From positions 1 to 64,000 of the forward strand of contig CAVQXP010000003.1 in NCBI GenBank assembly GCA_963717935.1: 64,000 nucleotides of DNA. Reading direction: 5' to 3'. This document shows, in pieces, positions 32,563 to 42,034 of the stretch; position 1 is the stretch's first letter; each line of letters begins with the position of its first letter. Made by a program: the position numbers and the translations under genes. Under the pieces are notes generated by a model, which had not been told where the DNA came from, did no database searches, and was given only the letters and a program-made list of their open reading frames with translations. The DNA comes from Candidatus Eiseniibacteriota bacterium. GTDB taxonomy: Bacteria; Eisenbacteria; RBG-16-71-46.

Positions 32563-34430
32563 CCAATCCAGCGAAGCCGCGCGACGAGCGCGGCAAGACC
32601 CCGGACGCCGGCCCGGCCGTGCGCGAGGATCTCCGCAACATCGCCATCATCGCTCACGTGGACCACGGCAAGACCACGCTCGTGGATGCCATGCTCTGGC
32701 AGAGCGGCGTGTTCCGCGAGAACCAGGAAGTGGTGGAGCGGGTGATGGACTCGAACGACCTGGAGCGCGAGAAGGGCATCACCATCCTCGCCAAGAACAC
32801 CGCCGTGCGTTTCGGATCCACGAAGATCAACATCGTGGACACGCCGGGGCACGCCGACTTCGGCGGCGAGGTGGAACGCACCCTCAAGATGGTGGACGGC
32901 GTGCTGCTGCTGGTGGACGCCAGCGAGGGCCCGCTGCCGCAGACGCGCTTCGTGTTGCGCAAGGCCCTGGAACTGGGCCTGCCACCGATCGTGGTCATCA
33001 ACAAGATCGACCGGAAGGACGCGCGCCCGCAGGAGGTGCTGAGCGAGGTGTACGACCTGTTCATCGACCTCGATGCCTCCGACGAGCAACTCGATTTCCC
33101 GGTGCTCTACACCATCGCCCGTGAGGGCATCTGCAGGCTCACGCCGGATGGCGAGGATCTCCCGCTCAAGCCCCTGTTCGACGAGATCCTGCGCACCATC
33201 CCGGCGCCCTGCTACGACCCCGAGATGCCGCTGCAGATGCTGGTCCTGAACCTCGACTACTCCGACTACGTGGGGCGCCTGGCGATCGGGCGCATCGTGA
33301 ACGGACACGTGTCGGCGCGCCAGGACGTGGCGCTCGTGAGGGTCGACGGGCGGGCCGAGCGGGCGCGGGTGACGAACCTCTACGCGTTCGAGGGCCTCGA
33401 GCGGGCCGAGGTCGAGACGGCGGGGCCGGGCGACATCGTGGCGCTGGCAGGTTTCTCCGAGGTCAACATCGGCGAGACCATCACCGACGCCGAGGATCCG
33501 CGGCCCCTGCCGCACGTCGTCATCGACGAGCCCACGGTGAGCATGATGTTCCAGGTCAACACCTCGCCCTTCGCGGGCCAGGAAGGCCGCTACGTCACCT
33601 CGCGCAACCTCAAGGAGCGGCTCGAGCGCGAACTGCTGATCAACGTGAGTCTGCGGATCGAGCCGGGCGATGCACCGGACGTCTTCAAGGTCTCGGGACG
33701 CGGCGAGTTCCAGATGGCCATCCTCATCGAGATGATGCGGCGCGAGGGCTACGAACTGGCGGCCAGCAAGCCCGAGGTCATCACGCGCGAGATCGACGGT
33801 GCGCGGCACGAGCCGGTCGAGAAGCTCGTCATCGACTGTCCGGAGGAATACGTCGGCGTGGTGACGCAGAAGATGGGCACCCGCCGCGGCCGCATGACCA
33901 ACATGGTCAACCACGGCACCGGGCGCGTGCGTCTCGAGTTCCGGATCCCTTCGCGGGGCCTCATCGGCTTCCGCAACCAGTTCCTGACGGACACGCGCGG
34001 CACGGGTCTCCTGAACCACCTGTTCGACGGCTACGAGCCGTGGGCCGGGGAGATCCCGCACCGCGTGACCGGGGCGCTGGTCGCTGACCGCCCCGGCAAG
34101 GTCACGGCCTATGCGCTGGAGCACGTCCAGGACCGCGGTGAGATGTTCGTCGAGCCGGGCGAGCGCGTCTACGAGGGCATGATCGTGGGCGAGAACACGC
34201 GCGAGGAGGACATCGACGTCAACATCGTGAAGGAGAAGAAGCTCACCAACATGCGGTCCTCCACCGCCGATGAGGGCGTGCACCTCTTCCCGGTGCACCG
34301 GAAATCGCTCGAGCAGGCGCTCGAATGGGTCCGCGAGGACGAGTTGCTCGAGGTCACGCCCGACAGCCTCAGGATGCGCAAGCGCGTCCTGCAGGCGGTC
34401 CAGCGCCCCAAGTACTGGCAAAAGGGGTAG
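32559..34430 (+). CDS. typA: Translational GTPase TypA/BipA
   Basis: [48 protein letters not shown]. Confidence 0.97.
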   Translation: MTNPAKPRDERGKTPDAGPAVREDLRNIAIIAHVDHGKTTLVDAMLWQSGVFRENQEVVERVMDSNDLEREKGITILAKNTAVRFGSTKINIVDTPGHADFGGEVERTLKMVDGVLLLVDASEGPLPQTRFVLRKALELGLPPIVVINKIDRKDARPQEVLSEVYDLFIDLDASDEQLDFPVLYTIAREGICRLTPDGEDLPLKPLFDEILRTIPAPCYDPEMPLQMLVLNLDYSDYVGRLAIGRIVNGHVSARQDVALVRVDGRAERARVTNLYAFEGLERAEVETAGPGDIVALAGFSEVNIGETITDAEDPRPLPHVVIDEPTVSMMFQVNTSPFAGQEGRYVTSRNLKERLERELLINVSLRIEPGDAPDVFKVSGRGEFQMAILIEMMRREGYELAASKPEVITREIDGARHEPVEKLVIDCPEEYVGVVTQKMGTRRGRMTNMVNHGTGRVRLEFRIPSRGLIGFRNQFLTDTRGTGLLNHLFDGYEPWAGEIPHRVTGALVADRPGKVTAYALEHVQDRGEMFVEPGERVYEGMIVGENTREEDIDVNIVKEKKLTNMRSSTADEGVHLFPVHRKSLEQALEWVREDELLEVTPDSLRMRKRVLQAVQRPKYWQKG

Positions 34431-34451
34431 GTCTGTAGAGTGCAGGATGCT

Positions 34452-34498
34452 GGCGACGAGGACCGTGGCTGACGAAGCCGCGGTCCTCGTCGCCTTTC
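34452..34498 (+). terminator. Long inverted repeat, probable terminator after typA
   Basis: GGCGACGAGGACCGTGGCT / AGCCGCGGTCCTCGTCGCC followed by TTT. Confidence 0.65.
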
Positions 34499-34555
34499 AG
34501 AACGCCAGCTCGAGCTTGCGGCGCCGGGGGTTGGCGATCCCCCGTGTGTCGATCA

Positions 34556-34710
34556 TCCCGCGGTAGCACTCCCGCCACGACTCCGGTGGCGTGGCTCGCG
34601 CGGGGAAGGGCCGGCCAGCAGCCCGCGCGAGATCTCCTCTCGCTCGGGAGGCGACAGGCGGAGCGCCGACCGTGGCTCCGCCCTGGGCCTCACCCCGCCG
34701 GTCTCCGCCG
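34556..34710 (-). mobile_element. Degenerate IS30-family transposase fragment (N-terminal HTH region)
   Basis: Minus strand reads TGGVRP...RSALRLSPPEREEISRGLLAG, then RECYR in a shifted frame. This resembles the IS30 pattern L(S/T)xxEREEISRG...GGRxxYRA. Confidence 0.6.
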
Positions 34711-35026
34711 GCCGCCGCCGCACGGACCTGGACGGACATCCCCCAGTCGTGGCCGCGGCTTCGCAGGTCTCGCCCACACGCAGGGATGTCGGCCGCTGTG
34801 ACGATTGCTCCGGCTGGAGCGTCCGGGGCGTCGCACCCAATCCGTGCAATCGACTGCCCCGCAGCGGACTCAGGCGATGGCCCTCGCGTGGTGCGGAGCT
34901 TGCGTTTGTCTGGACAGTGAGCGGTTCATCAATGCCCAAAGGGAGGATTCTACGGAAAGGTTCAGCCACTTTGCGGTAGAGGAAGGTCCACCGAAGCCAC
35001 AGACGACACCCAAAGGGAGGTTCCTC

Positions 35027-36001
35027 GTGAAGCGTTCGGCCGCTTTGAAGTGCCTGGCAGTTCTGGCTGCAAGCATGATGCTCTGGGGGTGTTCCAGCAA
35101 GCCAACCAGTATTGTCGGCAGCACGATTGGCAAGTCGGCTGCCTCCGTCACAAAGGGCGCTCCTTCCGCCTACGGCAACTGCCTGTCCATGCCCGTGGTC
35201 TGGGCCGAGGGCCATGGCCTGACCGGCGAGGACTGCGCCCACCTCACCGGACTCCGGGGCACCTATGGCGTCGAATCCTTTATCGCTCCCTACGACGCCA
35301 CGCTCATCGACGGTCTTCCGGTATACCGCAATCCCTCGGTCAACGAGTGGCAGGCCGAATCGGTGGACGGCACCACCCTGGGCGAGATCGGCGTCAAGAT
35401 CGACTGGGCCGACAACCTGACCCGCCAGACCTGGACCGAGAGGTCCAAGATCCGGGTCGAAGTCGTGCTGTTCGAGGATCTGGCCACGCCGCTCAAGGGC
35501 TATAACATGTATTCGCTGGGCGGCACCCAGCTGAACGAGGTCTTCGTCACCAATACCGCCACCTATGCCGCTACCACGGCCACCGTCTATTCGAATGTCG
35601 CCCGGCTGAAGATCGAGAAGCTGGATGACAAGGACGGGAGCCCGGTGCTGCTGGTATATGACAGCCCGGTTTACGAAAGGTACTTCGTGGATGGTCCGGT
35701 TGACGCCTATTCGGCCGAAGTCAACATGGGCGGCAAGTGCATCTACGGCTTCAACTGGGACGTCCGCACCGTGGCCGCCATCGAGAAGTCGGGCTGGTAT
35801 CGCCTGACCTTCAGTCTGGATGCCCTGGCCAGCTACGTGGACGCCGACGGCGTGGCGCAGACCTATAGCCGCAACACGAGGCTGAACAACCTGGATCCCC
35901 TGGACCTGTTCGGCGCCAACGTGCCCGAGGTCGTGCTGTATCAGCCGGCCCTGGCCGCGGACGGCTATGCCAGCACGCTCGATATCTACGTGAAGAAATA
36001 G
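35027..36001 (+). CDS. Hypothetical lipoprotein (~324 aa)
   Basis: GGGAGG RBS and GTG start; MKRSAALKCLAVLAASMMLWG-C lipobox; lower GC and different codon style from the flanks. Confidence 0.75.
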   Translation: MKRSAALKCLAVLAASMMLWGCSSKPTSIVGSTIGKSAASVTKGAPSAYGNCLSMPVVWAEGHGLTGEDCAHLTGLRGTYGVESFIAPYDATLIDGLPVYRNPSVNEWQAESVDGTTLGEIGVKIDWADNLTRQTWTERSKIRVEVVLFEDLATPLKGYNMYSLGGTQLNEVFVTNTATYAATTATVYSNVARLKIEKLDDKDGSPVLLVYDSPVYERYFVDGPVDAYSAEVNMGGKCIYGFNWDVRTVAAIEKSGWYRLTFSLDALASYVDADGVAQTYSRNTRLNNLDPLDLFGANVPEVVLYQPALAADGYASTLDIYVKK

Positions 36002-36037
36002 CCTTCGCAGGAAGAGCGCATCAGGACAGGAAGTCAT

Positions 36038-36076
36038 GGAGAGGGACGGCGTCGGCTGTCCCTCTCCTTGTTGTTT
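36038..36076 (+). terminator. Rho-independent terminator
   Basis: GGAGAGGGACGGC-gtcg-GCTGTCCCTCTCC followed by TTGTTGTTT. Confidence 0.75.
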
Positions 36077-36400
36077 GGCACGCCCGCCACGGGCGCCGAC
36101 CTGGAGGGGGAAGTCCTCCGAGGACTCGGTCACGGGGACTCGAGGGAACCGCAAGGGCGCGACCGCGAGGGAGCGTCCGCAGGAGGCGGGAAGCGAACCG
36201 ACGGGCCGGCGAACGGAGATCGGGTGCGCGGCGACACCGACGCGGCGAGCGGGCCGACGGCCGCGAAGTTCCTGTGATCAAAGGGCGTCGGCGCGAGTCC
36301 GGAGGAGTCAGCCAGGGCCCTGGCAGCAGGTGACGGCGAAGGGCCGACCGGAGGGGGTGCGAGCCCGTGGGGAACACCGGCCCACGTCCCCAATTCCGCC

Positions 36401-36428
36401 TCAAGCGCGGCGGCCCGGCAGCCGATGA
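36401..36428 (+). promoter_or_regulatory. Possible sigma28 (FliA/WhiG)-type promoter
   Basis: TCAAG-N15-GCCGATGA ending 37 bp before the kinase ATG. Confidence 0.35.
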
Positions 36429-36465
36429 TGGTAAGGCGGTTACCAACCCCTTACCCCGGTGAGAC

Positions 36466-39400
36466 ATGGACTCTGAGAATCAGCCCACACGGATGCGGTC
36501 TGACGGACGGGAGGCTTCGGCGTTCCCGGACGCCACGCCTCCCGAGACGGACGCTGCCAGCTTCCTGCTTGGCCGGGGGGCCCGCTTCCACCGTGACTCC
36601 CGGCGCATCGCCGCGGGTCTCGCGGTGCTGGCCGTGCTCGCCGTCGTCTTGATCAACGTTGGCATCTACCAGAACGCCCAGAGTCACCTCGTCCGCCAGC
36701 GCTGGGACCAGCTCGTCAGCAACACCGACGTCCGCCGTGACCAGGTCCGCGACCTGCTCGGGCGATTCACGAGCGAGGCGCGCTCCGTCGTGGAGCAGCC
36801 CCAGACCCGGGCGGCGCTGCTCGCGCTCTCCGGCGGAATCCCGGCACCCGAGCGCGACCAGTTGCGCCGCGAGCTCGACCGCACGGGGACACTGTTCGGC
36901 TTCCACGCCGTCCGCGTGCTCGACGTCCAGGGCCGTCTGCTCCTGGAAGGTCGCTCGGCCGGGCAGCATGACGGTGAACGCTTCACGAACCTCGCGCGAG
37001 AGGCGACGGCCGCGACCGAGAACGAGCCCCTGGTCGTGGACGCCTGGCGGGAGAGGACCGGCCAGGAGGCCATGACCCTCGCCCTCCCCGTGCGGACTCC
37101 GGAGGGGCGCACGGCCGCGGTCGTCGAGTTCGAGATCCACGCGGAAGACATGCTCCTGCCGTTGCTCACCCGCTGGCCGGGTTTCGGACCCTCCGCTGGC
37201 GCCTATCTGGTGCGCAAGCAGGGCACGGAGATCCAGTACCTGACGTCGCCCCCCGCGGGGTCCGGACTGAAGGTGGGCGATCGCGTGCCGGAATCGTCGC
37301 TGGACGCCCGCACCGCGGCCATGGCGGTCGAGGGCGTCGAGTCGCACATCGTGCTGCCGGACCGGGCTGGGAAGCTCCAGGCGGTGGTGACGCGCTACAT
37401 GCCCAGCGTGGGCTGGGGACTCGTCGGGCAGGCCGACTACGCCGAGCTTGCGCAGGGCATGGGTGTCGCGATCTACGGGCTGCTGGCGTTCGACCTTGTC
37501 CTGCTCATGCTGAGCGCGTCGGCCTTCTGGTTCTGGCGCCGTCAGTACAAGTCCGGGCTGGCGCAGCGCGAGATGGAGGTCACCCGGCGCCACGCCGACC
37601 GCGTGCGGGCCGTATTCGACACCGCGTTCGACGCCATCGTCACCTTCGATCGCGATGGTCATGTCCGCTCCGTGAACCGCGCGGCCCAGAGCCTGTTCGG
37701 CCGCCCGTCGACCGAGCTGGACGGGCGGCCCATCCACCGCTTCCTGCGGTGGGGCGTGGACGATCAGCCGACGAAGGAATTGCCCGCCATCGGCACCGTG
37801 ATCCGGGCCGAGGCGCTGCGCGCCGGCGGCAGCACCTGCCCGGTCGAGTTCGCGCTGGGCAGCTCCGGCGAGGACGAGGACCTGCTCTATTCGGCCATCG
37901 TGCACGACATCAGCCGACGGGTCGAGAGCGAGCGGCGCATCGAGGAGTTCGCCGAGGGGCTCGAGGTCAGCAATCGCCGGCTCGAGGAGCTGAATGCCCA
38001 GCTCGAAGAGGCGTCGCGGCTCAAGAGCGAGTTCCTCGCGAACACGTCGCACGAGCTGCGCACGCCGCTCAACGGGATGATCGGGTTCCTTCAGCTCGTC
38101 CTGGACGGCATGTGCGATTCGCCGGAGGAGGAGCGCGACTTCCAGCGCCAGGCGCTGGAGTGCTCGCGGCACCTGCTGGGACTCATCAACGACGTGCTGG
38201 ACATCGCCAAGATCGAGGCCGGCAAGCTCAGCCTCGAGATCACGCCGGTGGACCCGAGCGCGTTGTTCGACGAGGTCTACACCCTGACCCACGTCCAGGC
38301 CGCCCAGAAGGGCATCCGGCTCGCGTTCGAGCCGCCGGAGACGGGCGATCTGCGGCTGCGCGGCGACTTCGGAAAGATCAAGCAGGTCCTCATCAACCTG
38401 GTAGGGAACAGCCTCAAGTTCACCCCCAAGGGCTCGATCACGGTGCGTGCCGTGCCGCACGTGGACCTCGGTCACTGCATGATCGAGGTCGCGGACACCG
38501 GCATCGGCATCCCCGCGGACCGCCAGAAGGTCATCTTCGAGAAGTTCACACAGGCCGATGGCAGCACGACCCGCAAGTACGGCGGCACCGGCCTGGGCCT
38601 GGCGATCACGCGCAGCCTGGTCGAGCTCATGGGTGGCATCATCGGCGTGAAGAGCGAGGGCACCGGCAAGGGCTCGCGCATGTACTTCTCGCTGCCGCTG
38701 TGGAACGAGGAGGAGGAGGAGCGGCCCGCCAGGGAGGAGCACACCGACCGCATCGAGGGCCCCGTGGGCGGCCAGCTCGTGCTGATCGTCGAGGATGACG
38801 CCGTGTTCCGTCGCTTCCTCACCGTCCTGCTCCACGGGCACGGCTACCGCACGGTGGAGGCCCGCAGCGCCGAGAGCGGCTGGGTGCTGGCGCGGCGCCT
38901 GCGGCCTTCCGTGATCATCCTGGACTACGCCCTGGCCTGTGCCGAGAACGCCAACCTGCGCACCGGCTGGGATCTGGCGGAGCGCCTGACCTCGGACTCG
39001 AAGACGCGGCACATCCCGCTGGTCTTCGTGACCGGCTTCGAAGGCGAGCTGCGGGAGAAGCTCAAGGCCACCGCCTTCGCGCGGCAGCCCGTGCACCTCA
39101 TGAAACCGGTCGAGGGCAGCGTGCTGGTCTCGCGGATCCAGGAGCTGGTCGGCTCGACCGAGGGGCGCATCGTGCGCCTGCTGATGGCCGACGACGACCC
39201 GGCCGTGGGCGCCTATATCCGCAAGATCCTGCCCGACGATCGCTTCCACATCGAGCTGGCCACGAACGGAGAGGAGTGCCTGCACGCGCTGCGCACCCAG
39301 CCGCGTGGCTTCGACCTGCTGCTGCTCGACCTGATGATGCCGGAGGTCAGCGGCTTCGACGTGCTGCGCGAGATGACGCTTGCCGGGCTCGCCCCCGACC

Positions 39401-39624
39401 TGCCCGTGCTCGTGCTCACCAACTTCCCCGAGGGGCACAACGAGGACGAGCGCCGCCTGCTGGAACAGGGGCTGGTGCTCGACGTGCTGCCGAAGACCGC
39501 GGTGCACGAGAACCCGCAATTGCTGCCGCACATCATCAACTGGCACCTGCAGGTGTCGGCCGAGGGGCGGGGGCCGGACGGAGAGCCCGGGACGGACGCC
39601 GAGCAGCCGCGGGAGGCCGCATGA
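36466..39624 (+). CDS. Membrane hybrid sensor kinase (2 TM, Cache-like periplasmic region, PAS, HisKA, HATPase, two receiver domains)
   Basis: FLANTSHELRTPLNG, QVLINLVGNSLKFT, DTGIGI, GGTGLGL; receiver motifs VEDD..ILD and ADDD..LLDLMMP. Confidence 0.93.
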   Translation: MDSENQPTRMRSDGREASAFPDATPPETDAASFLLGRGARFHRDSRRIAAGLAVLAVLAVVLINVGIYQNAQSHLVRQRWDQLVSNTDVRRDQVRDLLGRFTSEARSVVEQPQTRAALLALSGGIPAPERDQLRRELDRTGTLFGFHAVRVLDVQGRLLLEGRSAGQHDGERFTNLAREATAATENEPLVVDAWRERTGQEAMTLALPVRTPEGRTAAVVEFEIHAEDMLLPLLTRWPGFGPSAGAYLVRKQGTEIQYLTSPPAGSGLKVGDRVPESSLDARTAAMAVEGVESHIVLPDRAGKLQAVVTRYMPSVGWGLVGQADYAELAQGMGVAIYGLLAFDLVLLMLSASAFWFWRRQYKSGLAQREMEVTRRHADRVRAVFDTAFDAIVTFDRDGHVRSVNRAAQSLFGRPSTELDGRPIHRFLRWGVDDQPTKELPAIGTVIRAEALRAGGSTCPVEFALGSSGEDEDLLYSAIVHDISRRVESERRIEEFAEGLEVSNRRLEELNAQLEEASRLKSEFLANTSHELRTPLNGMIGFLQLVLDGMCDSPEEERDFQRQALECSRHLLGLINDVLDIAKIEAGKLSLEITPVDPSALFDEVYTLTHVQAAQKGIRLAFEPPETGDLRLRGDFGKIKQVLINLVGNSLKFTPKGSITVRAVPHVDLGHCMIEVADTGIGIPADRQKVIFEKFTQADGSTTRKYGGTGLGLAITRSLVELMGGIIGVKSEGTGKGSRMYFSLPLWNEEEEERPAREEHTDRIEGPVGGQLVLIVEDDAVFRRFLTVLLHGHGYRTVEARSAESGWVLARRLRPSVIILDYALACAENANLRTGWDLAERLTSDSKTRHIPLVFVTGFEGELREKLKATAFARQPVHLMKPVEGSVLVSRIQELVGSTEGRIVRLLMADDDPAVGAYIRKILPDDRFHIELATNGEECLHALRTQPRGFDLLLLDLMMPEVSGFDVLREMTLAGLAPDLPVLVLTNFPEGHNEDERRLLEQGLVLDVLPKTAVHENPQLLPHIINWHLQVSAEGRGPDGEPGTDAEQPREAA

Positions 39625-40022
39625 GGCGCGTCCTGGTGGTCGAGGATGATGCGCACAGCGCGGTGCTCTTCCGGAAGCTGCTCGAGAAGCGCTGTGACTG
39701 CGAGGTCACGGTGACGGAGTCGGTGGAGGAGATCCTGAGGCTCTGCCGCGAGGGCGTCGTCGAGCTGGTCGTCATGGATGTCTCGCTCAACAACTCGCGC
39801 TGGGAGAACCGCGCCGTCAGCGGCGTGGAGATCTGCCGGCTGCTCAAGCGGGACCCGGCGACGGCGCACATCCCGGTGGTGCTGGCGACGGCCCACGCCA
39901 TGCGCGGAGACGCCGAAACGCTGATGACCGAGAGCGGCGCCAACGACTACGTCGCCAAGCCGATCGTCGACCACGGAGAGTTCGTGAGGCGCATCGAGGC
40001 CTGTCTGCCGGAGGCCGCGTGA
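39621..40022 (+). CDS. Single-domain response regulator (DivK/CheY-like)
   Basis: VLVVEDD, VVMDV, IPVVLATAHAMRGD, DYVAKP. Confidence 0.9.
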   Translation: MRRVLVVEDDAHSAVLFRKLLEKRCDCEVTVTESVEEILRLCREGVVELVVMDVSLNNSRWENRAVSGVEICRLLKRDPATAHIPVVLATAHAMRGDAETLMTESGANDYVAKPIVDHGEFVRRIEACLPEAA

Positions 40023-40672
40023 AGCCCGTCGCGGAGATCAAGATCCTGGTGGTCGAGGACGACCCGTTCTTCCAGCGCGTCCTGACCAAACGCCTGCTGG
40101 CCGAGGGTTACCAGGTGTTCTCCGCCAGCGATGGCCGGGATGGCATGAAGGCCATCGTGTCGTTCGAGCCCGACCTGGTCATCTCCGACTGGATGATGCC
40201 CGAGGTGGACGGGCTCGAGCTGTGCCAGTCGGTCAAGACCGGCCTCAAGGAGGCCGCGCCCTACTTCATCCTGCTCACGGCCAAGGGCGAGATCAGCAAC
40301 AAGCTGCTGGCACTGGACACCGGTGCGGACGACTACCTGGTGAAGCCCTGCGACCAGGGCGAGCTCATGGCGCGCGTGCGCGCCGGCCTGCGCATCGTGC
40401 TCCTCGCCCAGGAGCTGCGCGCCACCGTCGAGGATCTGCACGTCGCGAACGCCGAGTTGCAGAGCGCGCGAGCCGAGGTCGACCGTCTCACCCACGAACT
40501 GCTGCCGATCTGCGCCTTCTGCCGGAAGGTGCGGGACGCCGAGGGGATGTGGCACTCCCTGGAGGAGTACGTCGCCCAGCGCACCCAGACGGACTTCACC
40601 CACGGGATCTGCCCCGCCTGCCGCGTCGAGCACTACCCCGCCGTCGCCCCGGAGACGCGCAAGAGCGCTTGA
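40019..40672 (+). CDS. Response regulator with coiled coil and C-terminal Cys/His motif
   Basis: Receiver (VEDD, SDWMMP, GADDYLVKP); tail LPICAFCRKVRD...FTHGICPAC. Confidence 0.9.
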   Translation: MKPVAEIKILVVEDDPFFQRVLTKRLLAEGYQVFSASDGRDGMKAIVSFEPDLVISDWMMPEVDGLELCQSVKTGLKEAAPYFILLTAKGEISNKLLALDTGADDYLVKPCDQGELMARVRAGLRIVLLAQELRATVEDLHVANAELQSARAEVDRLTHELLPICAFCRKVRDAEGMWHSLEEYVAQRTQTDFTHGICPACRVEHYPAVAPETRKSA

Positions 40673-40750
40673 GCCTGAGGGACTCGCCCCGTGCGGGCGA
40701 GGTGAGGGGGGGGCGGCCGGGCCCCCGGCCGCGGCCTCTCAGCGCCCGGC

Positions 40751-40780
40751 TTGACCAGACCCGCCGACGCTCAGTAGACT
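40751..40780 (+). promoter_or_regulatory. Probable sigma70 promoter of tRNA-Asn
   Basis: TTGACC-N18-TAGACT followed by a GC-rich discriminator. Confidence 0.55.
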
Positions 40781-40835
40781 GCTCCGCCTTGCTCGTCATC
40801 CAGAGGCCGTGTACGGGCCTCTTTTCGCACGTCGT

Positions 40836-40910
40836 TCCTCGGTAGCTCAACGGTAGAGCATCCGGCTGTTAACCGGAGGGTTGTAGGTTCGAATCCTACC
40901 CGAGGAGCCA
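40836..40910 (+). tRNA. tRNA-Asn(GTT)
   Basis: Acceptor stem TCCTCGG/CCGAGGA, D-arm AGCTCAACGGTAGAGC, anticodon arm TCCGG-CTGTTAA-CCGGA, GGTTCGAATCC, encoded CCA. Confidence 0.98.
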
Positions 40911-40915
40911 GATTC

Positions 40916-40959
40916 GAGAGCCCCCGCACCTTGATGAGGCGCGGGGGCTCTCGTCTTCT
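40916..40959. terminator. Hairpin terminator between tRNA-Asn and the convergent gene
   Basis: GAGAGCCCCCGC ... GCGGGGGCTCTC followed by GTCTTCT. Confidence 0.65.
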
Positions 40960-40993
40960 CCCGTCCCGGGTCGTTTCCCGGTCGAGTCGGATC

Positions 40994-41941
40994 CTAGCTC
41001 TCGTCGAGCAGGCGCTTCTGCCCCGTGAGAGAACGGATCCCCGTGACGTCCTGCACGGTCTCGAGGCAGCCCCGATAGCGTCCGCCCCGGTCGCGCACGG
41101 GCCAGTAGCGGATGTGGAGCTTGCGCGGCCCCATGTCGATCCAGAACTCCGCCACTTCGCGCTTCCCGGCCTTGAAGTCGGCCAGGATCTGGTTCACGAC
41201 GTGCACGCTCTTCTGCGGATGGCAGTTCTGGACCTTCGCGCCGATCACGCCGCGCGTCCGCGGGAAGATCTTCTCGGACCGCTCGTGGCTGAAGTAGCGC
41301 ACGGTGTCGTCCTGGTCCACGAAGGACAGCTCGATGGGCAGCGTGTCGAGGATGGCCGCGAGCACGTCACGGTCGAGGCCGTGGGAGAGGTCCTTCAGTT
41401 CGCCGGCCTGGATCAGCTCCTCCGCCAGACGGTAGTAGTCCGCCCGCGTACTCGCGCCGAGACTCGCCTCGACCTGCTCGATGCCCCGGACGACGGCCGC
41501 GCCGTCGGCCTCGCTCATCGCGCGCGCGGCCATGGGGAAGAGGACGTCGCCCTCCTTCCAGTAGTGGTCCTTGCAGAGCGCCACGTACTCGCCGAACGTG
41601 CTGCGCAGCGCGCCCAGCTTCGAGGCGTCGCCGGCCGCGTAGGCCTCGACCAGGGGCTCGAGCTTCGCCAGCAGGCCGCGTGCGGCCTCGTGCTCCAGGA
41701 GCATGAGGCTGAGCGGGCCGCTTCCCCGGGGTATGCCGCGCTGCTCGGCGAGCGGGAAGAGGTGCTGCTCCTCCTTCTGGTTGTGGCAGCGGTCCACGTA
41801 GTTGCGCGCGTAGTCGAAGAGCTTCACGACCAGGCCGGGGGCCGGCCCCGAGGGGGAGGTGAAGGGCTTCTCCATGGCGGCGAAGACCTTCTCGGTCGTC
41901 TCGTGGTCACGCATCAACAGGCTCTGCCAGGTCTCGCCCAT
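40994..41941 (-). CDS. Hemerythrin-domain plus PAS (PAS_10/DUF438-like) protein
   Basis: H..., HNQKEEQHLFP, EHE, HYWKEGDVLFP; C-terminal LPIELSFVD..D.VRYFS, IFPR, VQNCHP.KS, AEFWI. Confidence 0.85.
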   Translation of the reverse strand: MGETWQSLLMRDHETTEKVFAAMEKPFTSPSGPAPGLVVKLFDYARNYVDRCHNQKEEQHLFPLAEQRGIPRGSGPLSLMLLEHEAARGLLAKLEPLVEAYAAGDASKLGALRSTFGEYVALCKDHYWKEGDVLFPMAARAMSEADGAAVVRGIEQVEASLGASTRADYYRLAEELIQAGELKDLSHGLDRDVLAAILDTLPIELSFVDQDDTVRYFSHERSEKIFPRTRGVIGAKVQNCHPQKSVHVVNQILADFKAGKREVAEFWIDMGPRKLHIRYWPVRDRGGRYRGCLETVQDVTGIRSLTGQKRLLDES

Positions 41942-42034
41942 CAGGACTTCCCCTTTCGTCGGATCCGGCGCTGCGCGGCCACGGCAGGGAACCGAAGCGG
42001 GGCCGGGCACGCCGCCGGCCCTGCGCTGCGGTCG

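Noticed and set aside
36080..36400. Possible ncRNA or riboswitch in the GC-rich spacer before the kinase
   Set aside because: No recognisable riboswitch or ncRNA consensus; hairpins are expected at this GC content. It would need an Rfam scan.
40836..41000. tRNA-Asn as an integration site for an island
   Set aside because: No integrase, no duplicated tRNA 3' end noticed and no composition shift downstream.
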